This document shows, one piece after another, positions 28,148-39,087 of a stretch of DNA of 64,000 nt. Position 1 is the stretch's first letter, and each line of letters begins with the position of its first letter. Source of the stretch: a virus; IMG/VR virus record IMGVR_UViG_3300025030_000050, positions 32,001-96,000 of that record; one strand, 5' to 3'. The position numbers and the translations under genes were made by a program. The notes below the pieces were generated by a model. The model was not told where the DNA came from. It made no database searches and worked only from the letters and a program-made list of their open reading frames with translations.

Positions 28148-31100
28148 TATACACTCCCAATAGCACTAATTAATTCTACATCTCCACTTCTAATAGCAGA
28201 AACAACAAGATCAGAAATAGTCTTATCCCCTATTTTAATAGTCAAGTTAATTCCACCTTCTCCAGGGATTAAATATGGTTCAATAGCTTTTAAAATACCT
28301 GCTCCAATTTTTTCACCATCAACTAAAACATCGGAAGTGCTGACAACAAGATTTCTTAAAGTTCCACTTGGTCCAAATAATTCATTATACAAATCTTTAT
28401 AATCGGTTTCATCACCAGTAAAATTCTTTAAAAATGGCAGATATTGTGAAGATACAAAATCCATCAATGAATTTGTTGCATCCGTATCCCCAGATCTTGA
28501 TAAGCCCAATAATTCATTATACCTATTCTGATATTGTTCAACGCTTTGAACAGGAGCGAGGTCACTAAATTGAATATTGTTCACAAAATCAAGATAATCC
28601 TTTACAAGCTGAATCATCGGATTTACATCAAGAGATTGAGACGTTGCTTTAATTTGATCTACTTGGACTTTATATGCTTGATTTAGAACTCCAAGATTCA
28701 TGCCCAAACTATTAGCTAAAGCAGTTTGTTCTTCATACCACTTATTCAATTGCTTGAGTTGGTATTCAGCATCAGTCATGGTATTTTTGTCAATTATGTC
28801 CTGCCAACTTGCTTGCAATTCTTTAATTTGTGTAATATAATCAAAAATCGCCTGAATTCCACTCATAGCTATATCAATATTTTCCAAAGCCTTTGTAAGA
28901 CCTGCTTCGTCAGATATTTTCCCTATTTTCATTATATCCAATGCATCTGTCAAAGCGGCTTGAATTTTGTTTTTAGCAATATTAGAAAAAACAGAAAGAT
29001 CTAATTCATTAAAATCACTTTGTAATGCTTTTCTCATAATGCCAACACTACCAGAAATTAAGGGAGTGATAACACCAGAAGTAAATGCTTTTACAACATT
29101 AGCAACAGTTGCCTGTGCCTCACCAGCGTCTTCAGCCTGATAATATTGACCAATGGTAATTGCGCTAGATTTTGGCTTGTTGCCAACAATAGTACTACCA
29201 GAAGTAAAAGAGCTTTCTCGACTTCCAACGGCAACGGCACTAAAATTCTTTAAAAATGTTTCATATTGATTAGAAGCGGCTTTGCCGAACATTGAAATCT
29301 GACTAGAAAACATTGATGTTAGCTGATTCAAAGCAGAAGATAAAGAGCCTGTCAATGCATCAGCCGCTGGCGCAAAACTAGCACTGCCTCCTTTTCTATC
29401 ATATGGAGTATTTTTACCTGTTTGGACAAATCCTTGACCAGATTTATAATCTAATGTATAATTACTATACATATAAGCGCGTTCTTTATTATTCCCAAAT
29501 AAAGAGCCAACCCCCAAAGCACCTAACATTCCACCAAGAATTGCCCCGATACCAGCACCCCATGGACCAAAATAAGCTCCAACTTGTGCGCCTGCATATG
29601 CACCAGCGCCAGCGCCAGCGCCCTCAGCAGCAGATTGTCCAAAATCTTTACCATTTAATAAGCCCGCAATAAAAGTAGTGATACCAGCAGTCCAACCACC
29701 AAAGGCGGCACTTGACATGTTGGAAACACCAAATGCGGCAGAATCAAGGGCATTACCAAACATATTAGTTGAGGTAGTTAGGGAGTTTACAGACGATGCC
29801 ATATTGGTAAGGCCCCAAGAAACACTACTTTGCAGTGCAGCCGACGATGCTGCATAAGAACCAGGATTTAAGACCTCATTCCCTAAAGACAATGCTCCAG
29901 GTAGATATGAACCATTAGAAGCCATAGCCGCAGAAGAAACGCCAGCCGCACCACCTAATGAACTTAAAGAGCTGCTTAAACTGCCGCTACTCCCACTCAC
30001 CTGCATTTGAGTCTGACCCCAAAGCCAAGCACTCACCATTTCAGCAACAGCTTTTTTAAACAAATCATTTAAAGAATCAATATCAAATTTCCAATCATAT
30101 AACCACTGAGCAGTTAGATCTTGTAGATTGTCATACATGTTCTCCCAAATTCTTTCTACCTTTTTTCTAAATTCATCATGTTCATATTCTAATTGCTTTA
30201 TACCATTATTTTTAGCATCTAATAACGCTTCTTTATATTCTTTTGCCTTTTCAGTTGGGAAAACAGGTTGTTCTCCTTGTGCAATAAGTTTCTCATTTGC
30301 AGCTATTACGCCATTTAAAACCTCTATCATTTTCTCATATTCTATATTAAGAGAATGAAGGCCCTTTTGTAATGGAGTTAAATTCCCACTTTCATTATAT
30401 TTATTAACAAATTCATCAAGCTTATCAGTTAATTTGCTAATATCTCCTTTAAGAATTTGAGCGTTTAAATCTTTAATTGTTTGCTCAAGTTTTTTGCCTT
30501 CGGGACTCGCTTTTTTTAAATATTCAGCCAGCAACTCCAAATTTTTATTATATTTTTGTAAAGCGCTGTCTCCTTTATCAAAAGCAGATGCTTGTGATTC
30601 CAGTCTATTTTGTAAAGTTTCTAAAGAAGAGTCTGCCTTCATAGCAGCTTTATTTTTATCAAACTCTATAGATGCAGCCATAAGATCAGCAGATAAATTC
30701 TTAGCGGCATTACCAGCTTTCTCAATTCTTAATCTCCATTCATCAGTAACTAATAAAGCCGCCATCTCAGAAGCTTTAGATTCATCCAAGGCCGAATCTT
30801 TTACTTTAATTTTATCAATTAATTGCTGAAGGTCGTTGATTGTTTTCTCATTATCAATACCTTTAGACGTAGCCATAATCATATCTACATATTTTTGGCT
30901 ATTTTCCCCCGCCATAGCAATCGTTGCTTGCCATTCTTTACTAGCTAAAGTCGCGGCCATTTCAGACTCTTTAGATTTGTCCAAAGCCGCAGTTTTAATA
31001 TTTAACGAATCAGCTAATTGCTGAAGCTTTTTTTGAGCAGTTAGAGAATCAATAGAACCGGCTGTTTTATTCACCTCTGCCGTAAGCTTCTCTAGTTCAT

Positions 31101-33102
31101 TTCTTGCATTATATCCACCATCTTTTAAGCTATTTAAATCTTCTGCGAACTGTCCGGTAATCATTTTTGCATTAGCTTCAGCAGCAGCAGAATTGTTAGT
31201 TGATTCTTTTAGTTCTTCAAGTTTTGTTTTTAAAGAGGATAAATATTCTTTTACTTTCGTAGTTTTTTCAGAAATATCCGATGGGGATAGTGTGCCCTCA
31301 ATTGCGGGGATTATTTCAGAGCTTATGGTACTACTTGTTTCTGTTTTACCATAGATAATTTGGTCTGACTTTTGTTTCCTCACTTCCATTTCAGCTTGCA
31401 ATTGCAATGCTTTTTCAGCTTCTTTATTAGTCAATCCTAATTTATCAGCCAATTGGCTAAATTTATCTACTAAAGTACCTAAAAAACCCCAAGCCTGAAG
31501 GCCGGAAAAATAATAAACAAATTTCCCGCCTAATTCAACAAGGTATAGCATCCCGCTTATTAATTTACTTATTCCCTTACTTGTCATTGTTAATGAGCCA
31601 TCTGCATTCATTAACAATGCGTTCCACTTTTCAGCTAAAGAAATAAGATTCTCATAAGTCCGCTTAAACCCGTCTCTTAAAATCCTATTGTGAATAGTCT
31701 CCATAGTAGAACCGATTACAGCCCAGTTGTGCTGTAAATCTTTACTTGCAGGGCCAAAACCAACAAGTAAAGCGCCTACCTTTTCTATTAACACACCTTG
31801 TTGTCGCCACGTAACAAGGTGAGATTTTATTTCAGGGTCAATTGACTGAAGGGTTTTGACTAAAATATTAGAATCTCTCAACTGGCCCTGAACCAAAGAC
31901 CTGATCTCTTGTCTCATTTGGATTTCTTGGTTCTGGCCTTGGGTCAAGAGTTTTAAAGCATTTGCTATATTGGTGAATCCGTCCAATGTGCCTTGATTAG
32001 CAGTATCTATCTTTACAGAACCTTTAATAAATTGTTCTGCCATAATAGTTAAATCTCTGCCACTTGCAACAGTCCTAGCATCTAAAATTTCCATTGTTTG
32101 GACTAATTTTGTCGCTTCTTGCTTTGCCCCTGCATAAATTTCACCTACATTGCTTAAATTAATATTTCTGTCAAATGTAGTTAAAAATGCTGCCATGCTA
32201 GCAATACTTACTTGGTAATCTTCGACAGCTTTTAGACCTTTAACAAACTCATCTCTAACAGCCCTCAGAATAGCGTACATTGCAGCAATAGCACCGGTAG
32301 CAATAGCAAAGCCGGGGGCTGCTAACAAAACTTGTTTTGAAATAGCAACAGTATTTTGAAGATATGATTTTTGAGGCCCAAGACTGGCATTATATTCTTT
32401 TCTTGCCTGTTCAATCCCTCTGGTAAGTTGATTATATTGATTTTTATCTTGAGAAGCAGAGGCTTTTTGGGCGAACCTTTCCTGAGCATCATACATTTGC
32501 TGCCAGCTCTTCATTTGAGAAGTAGCTGCTCTTTGCACTGTTTGGGAATATTGATATTGAGCCTTAGCATCAGCCGCATAATAATCTTGAGACAATCTTT
32601 GTCTTTGCGTAAAAGCGGCCTTTTCTTCTTTTAATTGCTGTTGGTTTAAGGCTGTTTTTGATTTTAAAGAAGAAGAATCAAGCTGTTCCTGAAGTTTTAG
32701 CTGTTGCTGATTTAAAGCTGTTTTTGATTTTAGAATAGACGCATCGATTTGCTGAATTTCTTTTAACTGTTGTTGATTTAAAGCAGTCCTAGCTCTTAAA
32801 GTATCAGACATAGATTGTCTGATATATTTTTCATAATTCAAATTGCCTTGCATAATAGCAGCACTAGCTTTATCATTTGTTCTAATAGATTCAGCAACTG
32901 CTTTTTTTGTAGCCCTGTCTTTTTCAGCTATAAATTTATTATATTCTTCTAATTGACTGCTAGTAGATTTTTTAGCAGAAGCAATATTAATACTTTCAAT
33001 TTCTCGGGCAGACCTCTCCACCTCTGCTTTTTGTTTTAACAAAGCGTCTTTAAATTGAGAAATATCAAGCTTTAATTGAATAAATATTTCGCCAAGTCGC
33101 AT
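28147..33102 (-). CDS. tape measure protein
   Basis: 1651 aa helical Ala/Gln/Lys-rich; LGEIFI.L.LD N-terminus; 22-aa KTALNQQQLK repeats; Gly-rich hydrophobic segment. Confidence 0.92.
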   Translation of the reverse strand: MRLGEIFIQLKLDISQFKDALLKQKAEVERSAREIESINIASAKKSTSSQLEEYNKFIAEKDRATKKAVAESIRTNDKASAAIMQGNLNYEKYIRQSMSDTLRARTALNQQQLKEIQQIDASILKSKTALNQQQLKLQEQLDSSSLKSKTALNQQQLKEEKAAFTQRQRLSQDYYAADAKAQYQYSQTVQRAATSQMKSWQQMYDAQERFAQKASASQDKNQYNQLTRGIEQARKEYNASLGPQKSYLQNTVAISKQVLLAAPGFAIATGAIAAMYAILRAVRDEFVKGLKAVEDYQVSIASMAAFLTTFDRNINLSNVGEIYAGAKQEATKLVQTMEILDARTVASGRDLTIMAEQFIKGSVKIDTANQGTLDGFTNIANALKLLTQGQNQEIQMRQEIRSLVQGQLRDSNILVKTLQSIDPEIKSHLVTWRQQGVLIEKVGALLVGFGPASKDLQHNWAVIGSTMETIHNRILRDGFKRTYENLISLAEKWNALLMNADGSLTMTSKGISKLISGMLYLVELGGKFVYYFSGLQAWGFLGTLVDKFSQLADKLGLTNKEAEKALQLQAEMEVRKQKSDQIIYGKTETSSTISSEIIPAIEGTLSPSDISEKTTKVKEYLSSLKTKLEELKESTNNSAAAEANAKMITGQFAEDLNSLKDGGYNARNELEKLTAEVNKTAGSIDSLTAQKKLQQLADSLNIKTAALDKSKESEMAATLASKEWQATIAMAGENSQKYVDMIMATSKGIDNEKTINDLQQLIDKIKVKDSALDESKASEMAALLVTDEWRLRIEKAGNAAKNLSADLMAASIEFDKNKAAMKADSSLETLQNRLESQASAFDKGDSALQKYNKNLELLAEYLKKASPEGKKLEQTIKDLNAQILKGDISKLTDKLDEFVNKYNESGNLTPLQKGLHSLNIEYEKMIEVLNGVIAANEKLIAQGEQPVFPTEKAKEYKEALLDAKNNGIKQLEYEHDEFRKKVERIWENMYDNLQDLTAQWLYDWKFDIDSLNDLFKKAVAEMVSAWLWGQTQMQVSGSSGSLSSSLSSLGGAAGVSSAAMASNGSYLPGALSLGNEVLNPGSYAASSAALQSSVSWGLTNMASSVNSLTTSTNMFGNALDSAAFGVSNMSSAAFGGWTAGITTFIAGLLNGKDFGQSAAEGAGAGAGAYAGAQVGAYFGPWGAGIGAILGGMLGALGVGSLFGNNKERAYMYSNYTLDYKSGQGFVQTGKNTPYDRKGGSASFAPAADALTGSLSSALNQLTSMFSSQISMFGKAASNQYETFLKNFSAVAVGSRESSFTSGSTIVGNKPKSSAITIGQYYQAEDAGEAQATVANVVKAFTSGVITPLISGSVGIMRKALQSDFNELDLSVFSNIAKNKIQAALTDALDIMKIGKISDEAGLTKALENIDIAMSGIQAIFDYITQIKELQASWQDIIDKNTMTDAEYQLKQLNKWYEEQTALANSLGMNLGVLNQAYKVQVDQIKATSQSLDVNPMIQLVKDYLDFVNNIQFSDLAPVQSVEQYQNRYNELLGLSRSGDTDATNSLMDFVSSQYLPFLKNFTGDETDYKDLYNELFGPSGTLRNLVVSTSDVLVDGEKIGAGILKAIEPYLIPGEGGINLTIKIGDKTISDLVVSAIRSGDVELISAIGSV

Positions 33103-33151
33103 ATTATACCAAACAATTAAAAGAATTCATAAATAATACCCCTAAAATAGA

Positions 33152-33193
33152 AAATGGCTAGGAAATAACCATTAAATTATTTCCTAGCCATTT
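33152..33193 (-). terminator. 17-bp hairpin attenuator before the tape measure gene
   Basis: AAATGGCTAGGAAATAA/TTATTTCCTAGCCATTT followed by a U-rich tract on the minus strand. Confidence 0.65.
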
Positions 33194-33528
33194 CTTGGAT
33201 TTGCCTCTTCTATCTTTTTAATATGATTGAAAATTTTCAAAACTTTTTCAAACGTTTTGACTCTATCCCCAACCTTCAATTCATCAATTAATTTCCAAAT
33301 AGGCTCATGTTTTAATGCGACCGATTTTATGCCACCAAACCCACCAACCCAAATCCTTTGATCGCTTACTAAATTCCAAATCCTTATTGCGTCACCGTTA
33401 GATAACCAAAGACTCGGCATACATTCAGCACACGGAGGGTCTTGAAATTGGTGTATTGCAAGTTTTTTACAAGTCTTGCAATCAAATTTCTTAGTGGCTA
33501 ACCTCTCCGCATACTCAATTAGTTTTTT
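33184..33528 (-). CDS. tail assembly chaperone gpT part (reached by -1 frameshift)
   Basis: Open frame from the slippery site: KLIEYAERLATKKFDCKTC...PPCAECMPSLW... Confidence 0.75.
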   Translation of the reverse strand, partial: KKLIEYAERLATKKFDCKTCKKLAIHQFQDPPCAECMPSLWLSNGDAIRIWNLVSDQRIWVGGFGGIKSVALKHEPIWKLIDELKVGDRVKTFEKVLKIFNHIKKIEEANPRNG

Positions 33529-33932
33529 ACTTCTTCATCCTCAACCAAGTCCAGTTCCTTCTGTAGCTCGCCCAGACACTTATTAGCCCATTTAGCAAAC
33601 ACAGGACTGCCATAAAATAATTTGAGTTTATTTTCATCTGTACAAGGTATTGACTCCCCATTTTTTTGCATCAATGTCCACGTCTCAATTTGATAGCAGA
33701 TAATGGCATCATTAAACTTCATCATGATATCATCATTACCATCAACATCAATTACACTGTCCATTCTTCTTGTAAGAGTGTTGGGAATATATTTCTGTTT
33801 TGACTTAAGACCTAATTTTTTTCTAATTTCTTGCATTTTTTCATCAGGAATAAGCCTGAAATTAACACTCTCAGTTTTATTTTCATCCCAATAAAATTCC
33901 CGTGATGGGTTCAAACATTCCAAATCCCACAT
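33519..33932 (-). CDS. tail assembly chaperone gpG
   Basis: Between tail tube and TMP; I.TW...G..IPCT.ENK; ends EVKN*. Confidence 0.8.
   Translation of the reverse strand: MWDLECLNPSREFYWDENKTESVNFRLIPDEKMQEIRKKLGLKSKQKYIPNTLTRRMDSVIDVDGNDDIMMKFNDAIICYQIETWTLMQKNGESIPCTDENKLKLFYGSPVFAKWANKCLGELQKELDLVEDEEVKN
33522..33528 (-). other. programmed -1 frameshift site A AAA AAC
   Basis: GTA AAA AAC TAA at the end of gpG; the -1 frame is open to 33184. Confidence 0.8.
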
Positions 33933-34677
33933 AAATTTTTCTCTCCCTTTTTATGTTTCTCTTTATGGCACTTCTTACAGAATGTTTGCCCATTGCCAAC
34001 ATTCCAAAGTTCACCACAATTTTCAGCTTCTTCTATTGTCTTAATCTCGTTTTCTTTTATTATCTTAGCAAATTCTTTAATATGATGAGCGTTTAGATCA
34101 CCGTTACCTCTAATAAGACACTTTTCACATGTAAAATCATCTCTGATAAAAACAAGATTTCTCCATTCTTTATATTTATCGAGCTTTCTTATTCTTTTTA
34201 CTAAACTAGTAATTCCACCTTTCCAATTAGGATTTTTATCTCCATTCTTTTGCTTCACTAATTTACTTATTTTTAATTTATGTTCTTCAGTAAATTTTTT
34301 ACCTAAATGAGAATCACTTATTTTCTTTTTACTTTCTTCTGTATGAGTCTTACCTAATAAAGAATTGCTAATTTTATTTTTGTCTCTTCGGTATGATGTT
34401 TCCCATAAAAGGGATTTCCTTCACCTACAAGACTAATTTTCAAAGCAACACTTATCTTTTTATTATGGATCTCTGGCCTATTTTTATTATAGTGCCCAGA
34501 GATATATTTATTCCAAACTAATTTCCATCTATCAAAGGAAACATGTTCTCCACAACCACAAGAATATAATGGAGACATTTTATTTTTTAAATTATCCAAA
34601 TGTCCTTTTATAAACTTATGCCTTTTATTTGTTACAATTTCACCACAACCACACAAGCAAAATCTAATATCACCCAT
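33911..34677 (-). mobile_element. NUMOD3/HNH homing endonuclease, frameshifted in an A-run at about 34377-34381
   Basis: CLCGCG, NPFYGKHHTEETK, NPNWKGG, RDDFTCEKC, HHIK, NGQTFCKKCH; length 3n+2. Confidence 0.8.
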
Positions 34678-34711
34678 TTTTAATATCTCTGTAATATCAC
34701 TGATTATAAAA

Positions 34712-34765
34712 TAATAGGCAACAAGTTCAGAATACTTGCTTTCGGTTGGCCAACCTAGCCCATTA
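34712..34765 (-). ncRNA. three-way-junction RNA motif copy A (HNH leader)
   Basis: UAAUGGGC-UA-GGUU(GGCC)AACC-GAA-AGCAAG(UAUUCUGAA)CUUGUU-GCCUAUUA. Confidence 0.65.
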
Positions 34766-34773
34766 CAATCAAA

Positions 34774-35190
34774 TTATACCAACGTCATAAAACCAGAAAC
34801 TTTGCAAGAAAATGAAGCAGTAACTAACTGTGATTTATCAGCATCTACGTTCCATTCCGTAATCCAGACATAGGATAACGGGTTAGTAGTTGATGGAGTA
34901 TAATAACTGTTATCGTCTATATAGAAACGGATATCACTTACACTCGTGTTACTAGCATTGTAATTTCGTAATGAGGTCTGACCGTTAGCATCAGTACCGT
35001 CAAACAATCCGTTAAAACTAATAGTCCCACCATCACGTAAACCCGGACGAAATTGTTTCCATTCATCTCCAAATGCTGAAGTTTCCAACAGATCTGTGGT
35101 GACGCCTGACATTGACCACGTTCCCATTAAAGAAATACTATTTGATCCTAAAGTTACTTTACCATCAGCACCTCTATAAGATGTCGCCAT
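34774..35190 (-). CDS. major tail tube protein
   Basis: ET..FGD.W....GL.DG.T....G; T.S.S.KVSG; upstream of the chaperones. Confidence 0.85.
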   Translation of the reverse strand: MATSYRGADGKVTLGSNSISLMGTWSMSGVTTDLLETSAFGDEWKQFRPGLRDGGTISFNGLFDGTDANGQTSLRNYNASNTSVSDIRFYIDDNSYYTPSTTNPLSYVWITEWNVDADKSQLVTASFSCKVSGFMTLV

Positions 35191-35193
35191 ATT

Positions 35194-35850
35194 TTAACCC
35201 TCCATATTTTGCAATTTCTTCACATGTTTATATAAAGCATATGTTGACCAATTTATTTCTAAAGTTGACAAATGCCCTATATCTATAGTCGTATCACAAA
35301 AAATACGATACCCATTCTGTTTCAATTTATAACAAAAACCAATATCTTCTCCAACAAGACTTCCTTTTTCATCTCTACCAAATTCAAACCAAGGAGGGTC
35401 TATCTTCAAAAAGACCTCAGTATTATACAATACGCAACCACATCCAGTAGCATCAATTTCGAGCAACTCTTTTCTTTCTCTCGAATCTAAAATATCCTCA
35501 TCTGAAACATGGACATACATACTTGGAATCCCGCGATATAAAATACAATCAAATCCCGGATACCTACGATGAACTATAGAAGAAGTTACATCTTTATTAT
35601 GAGATAAAAGTTTTTCAATCGTATCTACAGGGAATACCTGATCACTGTCCATCATCAATAAATGAGTACAACCATTTTCTAAAGCTCTTTCAACTAGCTG
35701 ATTTCTAACATCAGCAATATTCATTCCACTATATTGAGGCCTTAGATATAAAAAACTCGGCTTTCGCATCATTACAAAACTATCAAGAAACGCTGCTGGG
35801 ACCGTTGGGTCTACTAATGGAATTCCTATAGCAAGTTTAATTTTTTCCAT
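35194..35850 (-). CDS. GT-A glycosyltransferase (paralogue 3)
   Basis: RNQLV..AL, THLLMMDSD, GCGC.L, GEDIGFC, GH. Confidence 0.85.
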   Translation of the reverse strand: MEKIKLAIGIPLVDPTVPAAFLDSFVMMRKPSFLYLRPQYSGMNIADVRNQLVERALENGCTHLLMMDSDQVFPVDTIEKLLSHNKDVTSSIVHRRYPGFDCILYRGIPSMYVHVSDEDILDSRERKELLEIDATGCGCVLYNTEVFLKIDPPWFEFGRDEKGSLVGEDIGFCYKLKQNGYRIFCDTTIDIGHLSTLEINWSTYALYKHVKKLQNMEG

Positions 35851-35863
35851 AATTTCTCCCGAA

Positions 35864-36655
35864 TTATAGGTTATTCAAAAACTCTTCAATTTCTTTATCT
35901 GTTTTATTTTGTTTCTTCAAAAGATAAAGACACTTATTTCTTTTTAATAGTTTATCAACATTTAAGCTTTTAACTGTTGATTCATGTGCTTGATGTAAAG
36001 TCAGTAGATCATCTCTTAAGATAAATCCTATCCCACTTTTTTCTACATCGTCCCTAAAGGCATCATCATCATAAGCATAGCCCTTACTAAATCTTTCATC
36101 AAATCCACCCATCTTTAAATAATTTTCTTTTGATAAACAACTACAAAAATGATATCTCGCATTCCTAAATTTTGTATGTTGATACCAAGAATGATGTTCG
36201 TATTTAAAACTATCAAAGGAATCAGAGAATAATTTAAATTTGTGGATATTCTCACAACCGCATACTATATAAGAATTTGGTTGATTGTCAAAGATCTTGT
36301 CAAACCCGGCCAGAATATTTTCTTTATGAAAAACTTCTGGATTTGTTATGCAAATATATTCACCGCTCGCTTTAGAAACACCTAAATTAAATAATGGAGC
36401 GGGGTTATGATTATTGATAAAATTAGATTCTACCAACTTGATATCAATATACTTATCGGCATTTTTAGTAAAAAACTTTAATATTTCTTTTAATTTATGG
36501 TGTTCTTTACCATCCTCTCTGTTTTTAACATCTTCAACAATTATTACTTCATAATCATCTCTATTTTTATAATGATGATAGTAAGACAACAATGTATTAT
36601 GCAGCCATCCAGCCCTTTTTATATACGGGAATACTATTGAATATTTTTTACTCAT
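35864..36655 (-). CDS. GT2-family glycosyltransferase
   Basis: YSIVFP, YEVIIVED, NLGV..A.GEY, GGFDERF..GYAYDD. Confidence 0.85.
   Translation of the reverse strand: MSKKYSIVFPYIKRAGWLHNTLLSYYHHYKNRDDYEVIIVEDVKNREDGKEHHKLKEILKFFTKNADKYIDIKLVESNFINNHNPAPLFNLGVSKASGEYICITNPEVFHKENILAGFDKIFDNQPNSYIVCGCENIHKFKLFSDSFDSFKYEHHSWYQHTKFRNARYHFCSCLSKENYLKMGGFDERFSKGYAYDDDAFRDDVEKSGIGFILRDDLLTLHQAHESTVKSLNVDKLLKRNKCLYLLKKQNKTDKEIEEFLNNL
36453..36480 (-). promoter_or_regulatory. sigma28-type promoter (internal, upstream of tail tube)
   Basis: TAAA-GTTTTTTACTAAAAAT-GCCGATAA. Confidence 0.65.
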
Positions 36656-37472
36656 TAATACCAGCCATTAATTTTAGAAGAAAATTGTCAAAGGTTTCAA
36701 TATTTTCTTGTGTTACAATATTTTCGTATTCACTAGTTTTTTCAGCACCAGCAAACCAATGAATACCAACCGTATTCTCAAATAAATTAGAGTGCTTGCC
36801 AAAAATTAATTCAATTTGTCTCCAGTCAAATGGATAGACAGTTGTAAATGGAATATTATCAATTTTACATTCATGTTTTTCTGAAAAATCTTCAGTATTT
36901 TTTTTGTTATATTTAAAAAAAGAAGTAAATAAATCTCTCCCAATTGTTTGATATTGCAAATTATCTATTTTATTTATAGAGTTTACACACATATCAAACA
37001 ATTGTTTAAAAAATTTATTATCCCCAGCACTTGCCAAAAATCCAATATTATGACAATTATAGTGATAACAAATTAGAGTATCTTTATTTTCAAATTTATT
37101 AAAAATTTTATCTACAGAAGAAGTATAAAAAATATCAAAGTCTGACCACAAGCCCCCAACAGATGAAAGCAAACTCAATCTTAATAAATCCGACTTATGA
37201 ACTTCAGATATTTCTTTGGCTAATTTAAAATCAGTTTCAACCAAAGACACATTTTTTATATTAGCCAAATCATCAAAATAGTCCTTCCCTACAGGGCAAT
37301 ATTTTTTTTGTTCAAACCCATCCCATTTAATTTCTTTATTAATATTTTTAGGATAGTAAACAAAAATTTGCCAATCCGGGTTTAATTTAGAAAAAGAAAC
37401 AACTGTCAAATATTTCATATAAGACAATGGTTTATTTTTACCCCAATATAGATGAATTTTCTTAGGTATCAT
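36648..37472 (-). CDS. GT32-like DxD glycosyltransferase
   Basis: IPKKIHLYWG, SDLLRL..L...GGLWSDFD, GIHW. Confidence 0.85.
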   Translation of the reverse strand: MIPKKIHLYWGKNKPLSYMKYLTVVSFSKLNPDWQIFVYYPKNINKEIKWDGFEQKKYCPVGKDYFDDLANIKNVSLVETDFKLAKEISEVHKSDLLRLSLLSSVGGLWSDFDIFYTSSVDKIFNKFENKDTLICYHYNCHNIGFLASAGDNKFFKQLFDMCVNSINKIDNLQYQTIGRDLFTSFFKYNKKNTEDFSEKHECKIDNIPFTTVYPFDWRQIELIFGKHSNLFENTVGIHWFAGAEKTSEYENIVTQENIETFDNFLLKLMAGINE

Positions 37473-38017
37473 TTATTCTCCCAAATCGCATACGTATTTT
37501 TGTCAATATTATCTGTAGATGTTTTAAACCCAAATTTTTTAAATACTCTATCTGGTATAAAACATTTGTGCTCTTGATATTTGTTTATTCCAGTGCCTTT
37601 CCAATCTGAATCTGGAGAGTTCTCCATCCATTCAAATATATTATTTTTCTGACCCAACCAATTGATGTTAATATTGTCAAAGAAATGAGATGGTGTATAA
37701 ATAATAACCTTTTTTCTAGCCATTCTTTTCATCTTTTTTATAAGATTATAAGCTTCTTTAAAATCAAGATGCTCTAATATATCTAAGGCAATTACAACAT
37801 CAATTGTGTTTATTCCAAATTCATATTTTGTTATATCGGCACAAATAGCATTTACGCCCAGCAACTTAATTTTATTTATATAAGGCTCATATATATCAAA
37901 TCCAACAAAAGATTTACACCTTAACCCCATAACCTCTTGCAATACCCCGCATCCAAGGCTTGAAACAGAATCGTTTCCAGTTATTTCTTTTTGAACTAAA
38001 TCACCTAGCCAATTCAT
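37469..38017 (-). CDS. class I SAM-dependent methyltransferase
   Basis: LGCG, GFDI, ADI, DVV..LD.LEHL, TP, H. Confidence 0.8.
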   Translation of the reverse strand: MNWLGDLVQKEITGNDSVSSLGCGVLQEVMGLRCKSFVGFDIYEPYINKIKLLGVNAICADITKYEFGINTIDVVIALDILEHLDFKEAYNLIKKMKRMARKKVIIYTPSHFFDNININWLGQKNNIFEWMENSPDSDWKGTGINKYQEHKCFIPDRVFKKFGFKTSTDNIDKNTYAIWENK

Positions 38018-38025
38018 AGTAAGCC

Positions 38026-39087
38026 TTAAATAAAATTAATATGTTTTGGTTTATCTTTGATACAATAATTTATGAATTCATTTTTAGCTTTATAAAGACA
38101 AGGATTTTTACATCTCAGATCAGGATTATGAGATTTAAACATATTGATCTTGTCATCACTCATCCACAAATCTTTGAACGATTGATTTTTTATAGAACCA
38201 ATCTTCCCTTTTTTATTATACGCAAGTGTACAGCAAGTATAGACATTATAATCAGCCCCTACATAAGCAAGTAAATCTTTTGTAGGACAAAAATTATAGT
38301 CTTGAACTCCCTCAAACATGTCTTTCATTCTATCATTAAAAAGATTAAAAACAGTAAAATTATCATCAGATAGTTCTTGAGCTTTTTTAGCCAACTCAAA
38401 AGAATCTTCATATATGCCATCAAAATAAGAATAGCCATCTGGGGTAAAAGCAGCAGATATTCTAAAATTATCTACTCCAATTTCTTTAAATAATTTTGCT
38501 GCATCAAATATTTCTTTGTAATTATATTTGTTAACAACAAATCCTGCTCCTATAACACTATCTTTTTTGTATTTAACTAAATTTTTAATATTTTCAATAG
38601 TCCTGAAAAACATCTTTTTATTTACTTTTCTAAAAGATGAATATGTTTCTGGTGTAGCACAATCAACTGATATTCTAACCCAAGCTGAATCGCTTAAAAT
38701 CTTACACAATTCATCATCTAACGCCATGCCATTTGAAACTAGAGCTAGTTCTAGTTTTCTATCTAATATATCTCTGAATATATTTTTAATTTTTGGGTGG
38801 ACAAGAGGCTCTCCTCCTCCGGTTATTTGAATAGCTCTTACCCCCATATCAACACAAGAATCTAACGTTTCAACAATTTTTTCATAAGAAAGTAAGTCTT
38901 TATCATTAAATATTTCATTTGATTTATTCCCCTTCAAGCGATACGCACATGTTAAACAAGAATTGTTACACTTATTTGACGGAATAATCTGGACTTGCAA
39001 TGGATTTGGTTGTTCTCCATCTTTAAACTGAATTAATTTGTCAAAGCTATGAATAATTTTGTATGGTGAATATTCCTCTTTAATCAT
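38026..39087 (-). CDS. radical SAM protein with SPASM/twitch domain
   Basis: CNNSCLTC, TGGGEP, SNG, RISVD, C-terminal C...YTCC...IG.I...C..C. Confidence 0.92.
   Translation of the reverse strand: MIKEEYSPYKIIHSFDKLIQFKDGEQPNPLQVQIIPSNKCNNSCLTCAYRLKGNKSNEIFNDKDLLSYEKIVETLDSCVDMGVRAIQITGGGEPLVHPKIKNIFRDILDRKLELALVSNGMALDDELCKILSDSAWVRISVDCATPETYSSFRKVNKKMFFRTIENIKNLVKYKKDSVIGAGFVVNKYNYKEIFDAAKLFKEIGVDNFRISAAFTPDGYSYFDGIYEDSFELAKKAQELSDDNFTVFNLFNDRMKDMFEGVQDYNFCPTKDLLAYVGADYNVYTCCTLAYNKKGKIGSIKNQSFKDLWMSDDKINMFKSHNPDLRCKNPCLYKAKNEFINYCIKDKPKHINFI

Noticed and set aside
32620-32810. 22-aa tandem repeats in the tape measure protein
   Set aside because: 11/22-residue periodicity is typical of tape measure proteins
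33519-33528. Tail chaperone -1 frameshift as a novelty
   Set aside because: Well-known lambda G/GT-type feature; listed as a feature only
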